A DNA stretch of 64,000 nucleotides. Source: Acidobacteriota bacterium (lineage in GTDB: Bacteria; Acidobacteriota; Thermoanaerobaculia; UBA5066; Gp7-AA6). Below the pieces are notes generated by a model, which was not told the origin of the DNA, made no database searches, and saw only the letters and a program-made list of their open reading frames with translations. Of the stretch, positions 47,206-60,575 are shown in pieces. Position 1 is the stretch's first letter, and each line of letters opens with the position of its first letter. Both the position numbers and the translations under genes were made by a program. The stretch is from assembly GCA_039931865.1 (NCBI GenBank), contig JBDTRB010000005.1:137-64136 (forward strand). The letters are read 5' to 3'.

Positions 47206-47790
47206 TCAGCGCCTGGCCTTTTTTTCCCGCCTCGCCGGACCCTTTCTGACTTCCGGATCGGTCGGCTCCCGCCAGGCGAGCGGCCACCAGATCGCAAACG
47301 GTGCCGCGAATCGGCCGGCGATCTGGTACACGTGGAACGCGGCGGCCCACGCGTTGCGCGCGAAAGCGCCGTAGTTCGCCTCGCTCCAGGCGCCGAGCCG
47401 CGTGGCGTAGAGCGATTCCACCTGGCAGCAAAGCGCGGCGACGTGGACGACGTACAGCAGCGCGAACGCGAGCAGCACGCGTGAGCCTCTGGCCGGCGGA
47501 AGCGCGGCGAGCAGCGCGGCGAGGATCACCAGGTTGAAGTGGAGATCCGCGGCGGGGAGACCGGGGCGCGGGGCGGCCGGAGGAAAATCGCTCCTGTCGA
47601 TCACGAACTCGCCGCCGCGGGGGGTCAGCCGCGTGACCGCGGGATGCTCACCCAGCCGGAGCAGCGATTCCGCGGCGAAGGCGACCGCCCGCTCGTAGGG
47701 CGCGGAAAGGGCGAGCCAGAGCGCCAGACCCACGGCGAACCCGGCGGCTCCGCGCAGGAGCGCGCGTCGCGCCGCGCGTGAGACCGTCAC
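47206..47790 (-). CDS. Exosortase-associated integral membrane protein
   Basis: GTG 47790 overlaps the exosortase stop; ~4 hydrophobic segments and a basic tail. Confidence 0.7.
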   Translation of the reverse strand: MTVSRAARRALLRGAAGFAVGLALWLALSAPYERAVAFAAESLLRLGEHPAVTRLTPRGGEFVIDRSDFPPAAPRPGLPAADLHFNLVILAALLAALPPARGSRVLLAFALLYVVHVAALCCQVESLYATRLGAWSEANYGAFARNAWAAAFHVYQIAGRFAAPFAIWWPLAWREPTDPEVRKGPARREKKARR

Positions 47791-48341
47791 GCGTTTTCGG
47801 GAGAGGCCCCGCTCTTCTGTCGGGAGGCCCACAGGAGGAACAGCAGGACGCCGGCGAGCACGACAGCTGACTGCCAGATGACCGTGTGAGCGCTCGAGAA
47901 AAGAGCGGGGTGGTGGCGGCCGATCCAGAAGAGCGAGACCACCCGGACGAGGTTGATGCACTGGATCGCCACGAAGCCGAGCAGAAGACCGACGCCCCGC
48001 GCCTTCCAGGAGGCAGGGAAGGCGAGCACCGCCGCACAGAACAGCAGCGCGGTCTCGACGCCGTTGCAGCCGTTCTCGATGTCCACACCGAAGCCCGACG
48101 CGCGGATCTCCGTCCCGACGACGGTGACGCGTTCCTGGAGCACGTTTAAGACCGCAGCCGATGCATGCGCGACGCCCGCGGTGAAGGGTACGATGACGTG
48201 ATCGTTCACCGGCGTCCACGAGACGAGAAGCGCGAAGCCGATCAACAGGCCGAGGAAGCGGGCCAGAAAGAACCACGAGCGCCGCCGTCGCGCGGCCGCG
48301 TCAGCCCCGTTGTCCGCGGGGCCCGAAGAAGCTACCTTCAC
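47787..48341 (-). CDS. xrtH: Exosortase/archaeosortase-family transpeptidase, XrtH-like
   Basis: VDIENGCNGVE (catalytic Cys), INLVRVVSLF (Arg), AHTVIWQ (His); short multi-TM protein. Confidence 0.8.
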   Translation of the reverse strand: MKVASSGPADNGADAAARRRRSWFFLARFLGLLIGFALLVSWTPVNDHVIVPFTAGVAHASAAVLNVLQERVTVVGTEIRASGFGVDIENGCNGVETALLFCAAVLAFPASWKARGVGLLLGFVAIQCINLVRVVSLFWIGRHHPALFSSAHTVIWQSAVVLAGVLLFLLWASRQKSGASPENA

Positions 48342-48808
48342 GCGGTCCCCTTTCTATCCTGATCTTCCTGGTAGGCAACCATCTCCGACACAAGCGTTCG
48401 CAGGTCGCGCGGAAGCGCGAGGAGGAGCTCTCCCGACGCGTTCAAGACGACCTGTTCCGTCACGGCGCTCGCGAGGAGCTCGCCTCCCGCGTCGCGGATC
48501 TCGTAGTCGATCTCGAGCCGCGCGACCGTGGGGGGTCGAAGACGGGCGCAGACGCGGATGTCCGTGTCGGCGAGAGCCGGGCGGCGGTACCGGATGTCCA
48601 TCCGGGTGATGGGCACGCGGTATCCGATCGACAACGCCTTCGTGGCCGTAAACCCGAAACGCCGTGTGAAGGCTTCCCGCACCTGCTCGAGGTACAGAGC
48701 GTAATGCCCGTGCCACACGACCGCGTAGGAATCGCACTCCGCAAATCGCACGGGAATCGTGATCTCGAAGCCTTTCAGCGGAGCGGCGCCCGATCGAACC
48801 GCGCTCAC
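48338..48808 (-). CDS. Hotdog-fold acyl-CoA/ACP thioesterase (4HBT/YbgC-like)
   Basis: VRFAECDSYAVVWHGHYALYLEQVRE; GTG 48808 overlaps the upstream stop. Confidence 0.88.
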   Translation of the reverse strand: MSAVRSGAAPLKGFEITIPVRFAECDSYAVVWHGHYALYLEQVREAFTRRFGFTATKALSIGYRVPITRMDIRYRRPALADTDIRVCARLRPPTVARLEIDYEIRDAGGELLASAVTEQVVLNASGELLLALPRDLRTLVSEMVAYQEDQDRKGTA

Positions 48809-49947
48809 GCGGCCGCCGCCGGCGATTCCAGGACGGCCGCGAGAAAGTTTCCCCCGGCGCCGAACGAGTTGACGAGGGCCCGCCTCCGCCGTCCGTCCTC
48901 GGGGAAGGGCCCGTCCGGGTCCGCGATCGCTCGCGTCGCCGCCACGAGCTGCCCGCCTCCGGACGCGGCGGCTTCGCCCATCGCGTGCTTGACGGCGAGC
49001 GCGCGCGGCGGCGCTCCGAAAATCTCCCGCATCACGTCGGCCTCGGCGCGGTCCATCTCGACGACGCCGTTCGCGGAGGGGAGCCACAGCCCGACCTCTG
49101 AGGGCGCGACGCGGGCGTCTTCGAGCGCGCCCTGGATCGTCCGGCGGATCGCGGCAGGATCCGGAGCGAAGCGGTACGGGTCCGTGGGGACCCCCGCGAA
49201 CCCGATTCCCGCGAGGCTCGCCAGAGGCCGGACGCCCCGGAGGCGCGCGGCAGCTTCGGTCTCGACGAGCATCGCAAAGCCGCCTTCACCCTGCACGATG
49301 CCCGAGCGCCGCCTGTCGCCGCGCAGCGCGCCGACCCGGTCGAATCCGAGGGCGTAGATGGCGTTCCATTCGTCGACCGCGCCGGCCAGCATCGCGCGCG
49401 CCCGCCCGGATTCGAGCGCCAGGACCGCGTACAGAAGCGCGTTTAAGGCAGAAGGGTCCTTCTGGGTGATCGTGACGTTCGGCCCGAACAGCTTCAGCTC
49501 GATCGAGACCTGCGAGGCGGGGGCGTTCGCGACCGTGTTGGGAAAATGAAACGGCGGCGCGGCTTCCGGCGATTCCAGGAACAGCACCCGCAGAAACTCG
49601 GTCAGCGCGCCCGCCCCGGCGGACCCGGTTCCCATCGCGATTCCAATCTCCTCGGGAGCGGCGGCGACGTCGAAGCCGGCCTCGCGAACCGCCTCGAGAC
49701 ACGAGACGATCGCGAACTGGCTTCCGCGGTCGAAGCGGCGTGCCTTCATGGGGGGGATCTCCGGCTGCGGCGAAAAACCGTCGCAGCGCGCCACTTCGAT
49801 CGCCTGCAGCCCGGCGCGTTCCTCCGCCGTCATCGGACGCACGGCCGTCTCGCCGGCGAGAAGGCGCCGATAGAACTCCTGCGAGCCGCGCCCCAGGGGC
49901 GAGACGGCGCCCGTCCCCGTGATCCACCCTCTCGACGCCAAGCTCAG
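48805..49947 (-). CDS. Catalytically inactive ketosynthase (chain-length-factor-like)
   Basis: KS fold (ITGTGAVSPLG, FPNTVANAPAS, GEGG), but active-site TTACSSS becomes TQKDPSA, NAHGT becomes PSANG and KSMIGH becomes KHAMGE; CTG start inferred. Confidence 0.82.
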   Translation of the reverse strand: MSLASRGWITGTGAVSPLGRGSQEFYRRLLAGETAVRPMTAEERAGLQAIEVARCDGFSPQPEIPPMKARRFDRGSQFAIVSCLEAVREAGFDVAAAPEEIGIAMGTGSAGAGALTEFLRVLFLESPEAAPPFHFPNTVANAPASQVSIELKLFGPNVTITQKDPSALNALLYAVLALESGRARAMLAGAVDEWNAIYALGFDRVGALRGDRRRSGIVQGEGGFAMLVETEAAARLRGVRPLASLAGIGFAGVPTDPYRFAPDPAAIRRTIQGALEDARVAPSEVGLWLPSANGVVEMDRAEADVMREIFGAPPRALAVKHAMGEAAASGGGQLVAATRAIADPDGPFPEDGRRRRALVNSFGAGGNFLAAVLESPAAAA

Positions 49948-51167
49948 TAAACGCCGGCTTCCCGCGCGAAGACCACGACGGAGCTGTTGCCGCCGAACGC
50001 GAACGAATCGGAGAGAGCGACCTCGATGTTGCCTTCCCGCGCGTTGTTCGGAACGTAGTCGAGATCGCAGGCGGGATCGGGGTTGTCGTAGTGAATTGTC
50101 GGCGGGATCTTCCCGTCCCGCACGGTGAGCACGGTCGCGACCGCTTCGATCGCCCCCGAGGCGCAGAGGCAGTGCCCGATCATCGACTTGATCGAGGAGA
50201 TCGGAATCTCGCGCGCCCGGCCCCCCAATCCCATCTTCAACGCCGCCGTCTCCGCGGAGTCGTTCTGCGGCGTCGCGGTTCCATGGGCGTTGACGTAGTC
50301 GACGTCCTCTGCGTTGATCCCGGCAGCCGCGAGCGCGGAGCGGACGGTGCGCCCTCCGGCGGCCCCGCTCGGGTCGGGCGCGGTCATGTGGTGCGCATCC
50401 GAGGTGACGCCGTAGCCCAGGAACTCCGCCAGAATGGGGGCGCCGCGACGCTTCGCCCGCTCCCACTCTTCGAACACGAGGATGCCGGCCGCCTCGCCGA
50501 TCGAAAGCCCGCGGCGCTCCCGGTCAAACGGGCGGCACGGCTCGGGATCGACCGAACGCAGCGAATTGAACCCGCCGTAGGTGAGCCGCGCGAGGACGTC
50601 GGATCCGCCGGTGATGATGACGTCCGCGAGCCCCGCCGCGATCGCGTCGTGCGCGAACCCCATCGCGTTTGCGGACGAAGAGCAGGCCGTCGTAATCGTC
50701 GACTTGATGCCCTCGACGCGAAACCGCTGCGCCACGCGATCCGTGATGGCGTCGGGCAGGTGGTTCAGGACGTGCGAAGGCCGGCCCTTCTTTCCGTGGA
50801 GGTGTTGCTCGTAATACGCCTCAGAATCGAGGAGGCCCGACGTCCCGCCTCCCAGGATCACGCCGACGCGTGCAGGATTTTCCCGCGAGAGATCGAGGCC
50901 CGACTGCGCGATGGCCTCGCGCGCCGCGGCGAGCCCCATCCGATCGGCGCGGGACGTGCGCTTTCTTTCCGAAGCTGAGAGAAACCCGTCCGGAATCTCC
51001 AGAACCTGCGCCGCGGTCTGCGTGCGATAACCGGAGGGATCGAACAGGGAAAATGGCCGGATGCCGCACGTCCCCTCGAGGAGCGCTTTCCAGAAATCCG
51101 TCACGTTCGTGCCGATCGACGTCACGGCTCCCAGACCGGTGACAACGACGCGCCGGGGTTTGTCCAT
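49944..51167 (-). CDS. Beta-ketoacyl-ACP synthase (FabF/KAS II-like, Cys-His-His intact)
   Basis: VVTGLGAV, TTACSSSAN, YVNAHGTAT, KSMIGHCL, SFAFGG. Confidence 0.93.
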   Translation of the reverse strand: MDKPRRVVVTGLGAVTSIGTNVTDFWKALLEGTCGIRPFSLFDPSGYRTQTAAQVLEIPDGFLSASERKRTSRADRMGLAAAREAIAQSGLDLSRENPARVGVILGGGTSGLLDSEAYYEQHLHGKKGRPSHVLNHLPDAITDRVAQRFRVEGIKSTITTACSSSANAMGFAHDAIAAGLADVIITGGSDVLARLTYGGFNSLRSVDPEPCRPFDRERRGLSIGEAAGILVFEEWERAKRRGAPILAEFLGYGVTSDAHHMTAPDPSGAAGGRTVRSALAAAGINAEDVDYVNAHGTATPQNDSAETAALKMGLGGRAREIPISSIKSMIGHCLCASGAIEAVATVLTVRDGKIPPTIHYDNPDPACDLDYVPNNAREGNIEVALSDSFAFGGNSSVVVFAREAGVY

Positions 51168-51420
51168 GAGACCGGCAATTCTACAGCGGGAGGAGAGTGA
51201 AAACGTCAGCTGTCAGGTGTCAGCTGCCAGCTCTCAGCCTTCGGCCGTCCTTCGCTTGCCGCGAGCGGGTGGCGGGCGGTCGGCCTCACAGCGCGAAGAC
51301 GATCGGGAGGGTCGTGAACAAACGCCGACAGCCTTCTGAGGCGTCGCCTTCAGGGTTGATCCCGGCGCGTTCCACGGCGGAGGTACGATCGATGGTCTGG
51401 GTGGGAATAGGAGACTTCAG

Positions 51421-51630
51421 ATGAAAACGATGACATGCATAGAGCTCGGCGGGAAGTGTGACGAGAAATTGTCGGCTGGATCCTGGGACGAGATGGTGAA
51501 GGTCATGACGAAGCACGTCATGGAGAAGCACCCGGACGTCGCGAAGGAAATGGAAAAGATGCACAACCAGGATCCGAAAAAGTGGGGCAGCGAAATGAAA
51601 CCGAAATGGGATTCGGCCCGTGAAGTCTAG
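51421..51630 (+). CDS. Small metal-binding protein (DUF1059-like)
   Basis: MKTMTCIELGGKCD..KHVMEKH C-x6-C and H-x4-H pattern; AGGAG RBS. Confidence 0.8.
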   Translation: MKTMTCIELGGKCDEKLSAGSWDEMVKVMTKHVMEKHPDVAKEMEKMHNQDPKKWGSEMKPKWDSAREV

Positions 51631-51674
51631 TCCGCGTCACGCGCTGCGGTCCCGTCTCGCGAGATAATCCGAGC

Positions 51675-52127
51675 ATGAACGAACGCGTCGGCTGGCATAC
51701 GTACTTCATGAACATCGCGCGGCAGGTGGCCACGCGCGCGACGTGCGAGCGCAAGCACGTGGGCGCCGTCATCGTGCGGGATCGCACGATCCTTTCGACC
51801 GGCTACAACGGCTCGATCCGCGGGCTTCCGCACTGCGAGGACGTCGGCTGCGTCATCGAGGACGGCCACTGCGTCTCGACGGTGCACGCTGAGGCGAATG
51901 CGCTCCTTCAGGCCGCGCGCAATGGCGTGGCGATCCGCGACGCGGAGCTGTACACGACCGCCAGCCCGTGCTGGCCGTGCTTCAAGCTGATCGCGAACTC
52001 CGGGATCGCGCGGGTTTACTACGGGGAGTTCTATCGGGACGAGAGGTCTCTGCAGGTCGCCCGGGAAGCAGGCATCGAGCTGATAGACCTGGGGCAGGGA
52101 ACGGGGCCGGGGGAAAGGATCGTCTGA
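51675..52127 (+). CDS. dCMP deaminase / ComEB-like zinc deaminase
   Basis: RATC..VGAVIV, TGYNG, HAEANA, PCWPC. Confidence 0.9.
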   Translation: MNERVGWHTYFMNIARQVATRATCERKHVGAVIVRDRTILSTGYNGSIRGLPHCEDVGCVIEDGHCVSTVHAEANALLQAARNGVAIRDAELYTTASPCWPCFKLIANSGIARVYYGEFYRDERSLQVAREAGIELIDLGQGTGPGERIV

Positions 52128-52158
52128 CCGGCGGGCGATTCCGTCGGCGGAAGACCCG

Positions 52159-52851
52159 CTAGCGCTTTCCCGCCGGCACCGGCGCCTCCAGCAGCCGCAG
52201 GCACTCCTCGAGGTGCGCCCGCGACCCCGCGGTCAGCCGGAAGAAACGGCAGCCGAGGCCTCGGTCCGATTCCTGTCCGACGCGCACGACGATCGCCTCC
52301 GCGACGACCGTCCGGCCTTTCTGTCCGGGCAGCTCGAACGAGATCTCGAGCCTCGCTCCGACTGGCTGGCGCACCGGAGTTCGGATGAAGAATCCGCCGC
52401 GCGAGAGGTCGCGGAGAGTGCCTTCGTGCTGCGCGCCGTCGCGCCAGAACGTGACCGACCACTCGACCGCCGCCCGCGCCGCGTCGCGAGGCGAGAGCTG
52501 AAGGTACCTCCGCATCGTGTCGAAGACGACCGGGGTGTCGAAGGGCTTGTCGATGCACTCGTCCGCGCCGGCGCGGCGGGCCGCGTCCGCCGAGACCGGC
52601 GTCGCCGCCGCGACCACGACCGGACGGTGCCCGAGGTGAGAGTCCGCCTTCAGCACCCGGCACACGTCGATCCCCGTCATCCCCGTCATTTCGGCATCCA
52701 GGAAGATCAGGTCCGGCTTCTCGCGCCGCGCGGTCGCGAGCGCCTCCGTCCCGTTCCTGGCTCGCAGCGGGAGGCAGTGGGTCCGGCGTGCGATGTCGTC
52801 GGCGACGGCGTCGAAGAGGCCGGTGTCGTCGACCAGAAGAACGGAGCTCAT
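52159..52851 (-). CDS. Receiver plus PilZ domain protein
   Basis: LLVDD, IFLDAEM, DKPF; PilZ RDAAR and DLSRGG motifs. Confidence 0.88.
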   Translation of the reverse strand: MSSVLLVDDTGLFDAVADDIARRTHCLPLRARNGTEALATARREKPDLIFLDAEMTGMTGIDVCRVLKADSHLGHRPVVVAAATPVSADAARRAGADECIDKPFDTPVVFDTMRRYLQLSPRDAARAAVEWSVTFWRDGAQHEGTLRDLSRGGFFIRTPVRQPVGARLEISFELPGQKGRTVVAEAIVVRVGQESDRGLGCRFFRLTAGSRAHLEECLRLLEAPVPAGKR

Positions 52852-52965
52852 GCGTCGATTATAGGGGCGGCCCTCAGCCGGGCGGGCCGAGCGGGGCGCC
52901 TCCCGGGGCTGCGCCGCGCATCGCGTGAGCCGAGCATCGGCAGCGCGATCGACTCGGCGGGACGA

Positions 52966-53300
52966 CTGGCAGGCTGCTGAAAAAAGCCTGCGGGTGTCGT
53001 GTCCAGGCTTTTGCATTCGCCGTCGATTTCTTCTTCGCATCGACCCACCGTGTCGGCGCTCCAGGATCGCTTTCTTATGGCACGAGCAAAAGCCTGTCCA
53101 CCCTGCGGGTTGCGGCGGCGCGGAGCCGTCTGCATCGTTGCCCTCCTCCCCGATGCGAACTGCATCGCCTTCGTCGCGGCGCCTTGCATCCGACCCCGCG
53201 GCGCTCGCCACTCGTCCACCAAAGGCATACCCCCGGCAGTAGAGAACGCCGGCTACTGCCGGCGGTCACCCATCCCACACCCTTTTTAGCAGCCTGCTAG
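52966..53300. mobile_element. MITE-like non-autonomous element with terminal inverted repeats
   Basis: Left end CTGGCAGGCTGCTGAAAAA versus reverse complement of right end CTAGCAGGCTGCTAAAAAG; no transposase ORF; internal hairpins. Confidence 0.75.
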
Positions 53301-54031
53301 GTGGGAACGACCCTCGGCCGCAGCACGACTTCGCCATGCATCACGTGCGGCGGCGACGTCAGGATTCCGAGGAGCGCGGTCAAGACATCTTCCGGCCGCA
53401 GACGCTGACTCTTCTCCGTCGTCGGACGGAAACGGTCGAAGAATTCGGTGTCGACCGATCCGGAGCAGAGCGCCGTCACGCGCACGCCCTGCGGCTTCAA
53501 TTCCTGCGCGAGCGCGCGGCTAAAGCCCACGAGCCCGTGTTTCGCGGCGCAGTAGACCGAGCCCTCCGCGAACCCTTCGAGCCCCGCGATCGAGGCCACG
53601 TTCACGATGTCCGCCGGGGCGCCCTTGATCAATGACGGCAGAGCCGCCGACGTCAGGTAGATCGCCCCGGCGAGATCGGTCGCGAGCATTTCTTCGATCT
53701 GCGACCGTTTGAGCTCGGTCAACGGAGCGCGGTAGCCGATGCCGGCGGCGTTGATCAGGATGTCGATGCGGCGATAGCGGGCGAGCACGACGTCCACGAG
53801 GTCGAAAACGGCTGGAATGGAGCGAACGTCGACGACGTGGTATGCGGCCTCGCCGCCCGAGTCGCAGATTCCGGTGACGAGCGACCGGAGCAGCTCTTCG
53901 CGCCGCGCGACCGCGAAGACCCGGGCGCCGGCCCGCGCGAGGCCCTCCGCGAACACGCGGCCCTGACCGGACGAGGCGCCCGTGACGAGCGCCACGCGAT
54001 CACGGAGCTTCTGCTCGGACTGCGCGGCCAA
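53297..54031 (-). CDS. Short-chain dehydrogenase/reductase
   Basis: TGASSGQG, INAAG, NVASIAG, YCAAK. Confidence 0.92.
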   Translation of the reverse strand: MAAQSEQKLRDRVALVTGASSGQGRVFAEGLARAGARVFAVARREELLRSLVTGICDSGGEAAYHVVDVRSIPAVFDLVDVVLARYRRIDILINAAGIGYRAPLTELKRSQIEEMLATDLAGAIYLTSAALPSLIKGAPADIVNVASIAGLEGFAEGSVYCAAKHGLVGFSRALAQELKPQGVRVTALCSGSVDTEFFDRFRPTTEKSQRLRPEDVLTALLGILTSPPHVMHGEVVLRPRVVPT

Positions 54032-54059
54032 AACGGCGCGAGATTATCATCCGCCGCGC

Positions 54060-55118
54060 ATGGATACGCCGAGCCACGGCCTCGCGGGAGCGATGCTCAC
54101 GCGGTCGATGACATCCCGCCCAGGGGCGCGAGCCGCGCTATGGATCGGCTTTCTCGCCGCGATGCTGCCGGACGCGGACACGTTTTTCCTGACCGGGCAG
54201 GTCGATTACCTGCGGAATCACAGAGGATGGAGCCACTCGTTCGTCTATCTTCCGCTGTTCGCGTTCGGCGCCGCGGCGGTCGCGCGGCTCTTTTTCCGAA
54301 AGGCGAAATTCCTGGATCTGTGGATCTTCGCCGCGGCCGGGATCGCGTCGCACATCCTCTTCGACTGGATCACGTCGTTCGGAACGATGTTCTTCACGCC
54401 GATCAGCAGGACCCGCTACTCGCTCGATCTCCTCTTCATTATCGACCTGTTCTTTTCCGGGATCGGACTCGTGACGCTTCTGCTGACGCTGGTGCGACCC
54501 GCGAGCAGCCGGAAGATCGCGGCGTGGGGCTGCGCCGCGCTCGCCTTCTACATCGCCTTCTGCGCCGTCCTGCACTCGCGGGCGCTCGAAGTCTGGCGCC
54601 GCATCGACCATCCTCCGCCCGGCGCCGTGGTGGCCGTCATGCCGCAGCTCCTTTCTCCGTTTCGCTGGCTCGCGCTCTCGGAGCACGCGGGATCCGTCCA
54701 TGCCTGCTTCTTCGACATCGGCCCGTTCGCCCGGACGGTGCCCACGCCGCGCTTGCCGGACAAGATGTCCGAGGCGCTTCGCCGCCTCCCCGATTTCTAT
54801 CCGCCGCCCGAGAGAGCGCGGATCCGCAGCTTCGACCGGCCTCCGGACTCCGTCCCGCTTCGCCGGGCGCGAGCGCTGCCCGACGTGCAGATGTACCTGG
54901 CTTTCGCGCGCTTTCCTCTCGAGACGGTGACGGCCTCCACCGACGGCGGGGCCGTGGTGACGTTCGAAGACCTGCGGTTCCTGCCGTTTTTCACGGGTCC
55001 GTGGTCGCGTGGAAAAAATGGCGAATACACCCGCCAGCCCTTCGTTTTCCGCGTGCGGCTAGACGGCGCCGGCCGGGTTCTCGAGAGCGGCTTCGTCGTT
55101 GCCGGCCGGGCGCGGTGA
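54060..55118 (+). CDS. Membrane-bound metal-dependent hydrolase (YdjM-like)
   Basis: MDTPSHG, LPDAD, HRGWSHS, SHILFD, IIDL motifs. Confidence 0.85.
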   Translation: MDTPSHGLAGAMLTRSMTSRPGARAALWIGFLAAMLPDADTFFLTGQVDYLRNHRGWSHSFVYLPLFAFGAAAVARLFFRKAKFLDLWIFAAAGIASHILFDWITSFGTMFFTPISRTRYSLDLLFIIDLFFSGIGLVTLLLTLVRPASSRKIAAWGCAALAFYIAFCAVLHSRALEVWRRIDHPPPGAVVAVMPQLLSPFRWLALSEHAGSVHACFFDIGPFARTVPTPRLPDKMSEALRRLPDFYPPPERARIRSFDRPPDSVPLRRARALPDVQMYLAFARFPLETVTASTDGGAVVTFEDLRFLPFFTGPWSRGKNGEYTRQPFVFRVRLDGAGRVLESGFVVAGRAR

Positions 55119-56108
55119 CGGGGGAGGCGGCGGCGCCGCGACGTACGAGTACTCGGGGGACGGGGTGCGCGTCAGCGCCTCCGAGATCCCTGCGTAGTAC
55201 CCGACTTTGATCAGCAGCCGGAGAAAAACGAAAACCTGCTGCGTCAGGATCAACGGCACGAGCGCGAATCTTGCTTCTCCCCCCGCCGAAGGATCGGCGA
55301 TGATCCAGATCGCGTAGAGCCCGAGGATGGCGATGATCGCCGAGAGGAGAACGCCGAAGAGCCGCAGCGGCCGCGACAGCGCTCCGGCGATTCCGGCGAA
55401 AAACCGAGAGACCGGCGGAAGGTCCGGCCGCGCGACCCAGACCGTGCGCACGGAGTCGGCTACGAGCTTGATCGTCGCGAGGACGAGAGCGAGGAGGAGA
55501 AGCCGAGCCAGCGTAATCGCGAGCGCCTGTCGCTCGCTCTGCAGGTCCCGCATACGGTCGTGCAGCGCTACGCCGCTCTCGATCCACACCCACCGATAGG
55601 CGAACAGCGCGGCCGCAAACGCCGCGAGCGTGAACGCCAGGAACGCCGGAAAGCGCCGCATGCCCTCCCGGCCGAACGTCACGAGAGATCCATGCGGCTC
55701 GCGGAGCGTCCCCAGAATGCCTCCAAGCGCGAACGCGTGCAGCACGATCGCGAGGAGCCCCAGGGAGACGGCGGTCGCGCCTATGCCGTGCAACCCGCCG
55801 AGCTTCGAGGCCGTGACGCCCTCGGGGGTCAGCAGCCCGGTGAGCAAGTCCGGAAACGTGCCGAGGAGATCGGGATGCGTCCGCAGGAGCGTTTCCCACC
55901 ATCCCAGATCCGGGTTCGCCACCATCCGGCTGGCCGCCGGGGAGTCGTCGAGCAGGTCGTGCAGCGTGTTCGAGACCGGCAGGATCAGCACCGACGCGAG
56001 GAGGAGCTGGATGAGCCACAGGGAAACGGCGAGATAGGGCTTTGAAAGCGAGAGCCTCAGTCCTCTGCCGAAGCAGGCGAGCGCGCCGGAGCTGCGGGCC
56101 GGGCTCAC
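55059..56108 (-). CDS. Multi-pass membrane protein, unknown function
   Basis: About 7 hydrophobic segments; GGAG-like RBS; follows the M1 peptidase by 13 nt. Confidence 0.75.
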   Translation of the reverse strand: MSPARSSGALACFGRGLRLSLSKPYLAVSLWLIQLLLASVLILPVSNTLHDLLDDSPAASRMVANPDLGWWETLLRTHPDLLGTFPDLLTGLLTPEGVTASKLGGLHGIGATAVSLGLLAIVLHAFALGGILGTLREPHGSLVTFGREGMRRFPAFLAFTLAAFAAALFAYRWVWIESGVALHDRMRDLQSERQALAITLARLLLLALVLATIKLVADSVRTVWVARPDLPPVSRFFAGIAGALSRPLRLFGVLLSAIIAILGLYAIWIIADPSAGGEARFALVPLILTQQVFVFLRLLIKVGYYAGISEALTRTPSPEYSYVAAPPPPPSPRPAGNDEAALENPAGAV

Positions 56109-56121
56109 CAGGCGACCGTCC

Positions 56122-60195
<4,074 letters not shown>

Positions 60196-60237
60196 GGGCA
60201 GCCGAAACCCTCCGCAACCTGGAGAGGGAGAGACCGC

Positions 60238-60459
60238 TTGGAGCTACCAGCCAAAGTCGTGATTTTCTGTCCGACGCTGGAGCTGAAGAACAAGCCCGGC
60301 CGACTGATGGCCATCTCGGGGAACGGCTTCTACGAGATCTGGCTCGACTTCGCCGAGCGCAACCACACCGTCCTCCTGCCGGTCCAGGGAACCGCCCTCG
60401 TGTTCTCGGAGCCCAACTCGACGGGGGAGCCCGTGGCCGGAATCGAACGAAACTCCTGA
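60238..60459 (+). CDS. Small hypothetical beta-rich protein (73 aa)
   Basis: TTG start after GGGAG; coherent codon usage. Confidence 0.65.
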   Translation: MELPAKVVIFCPTLELKNKPGRLMAISGNGFYEIWLDFAERNHTVLLPVQGTALVFSEPNSTGEPVAGIERNS

Positions 60460-60575
60460 CCAGGGGTCGTGAGGGGTCAGGGGTAAGGCGTCAGGGCGGG
60501 ACGGGGTCGGGGGAGGCGTCAAGAGAATCCGACCCGAATCGGAACCCGACGGTTTAGACCGTTTCCCCCTAACCC

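Noticed and set aside
52852-53211. N-terminal extension of the receiver-PilZ ORF in the ORF track
   Set aside because: Runs through the MITE-like element; TATAAT-6-ATG supports the start at 52851
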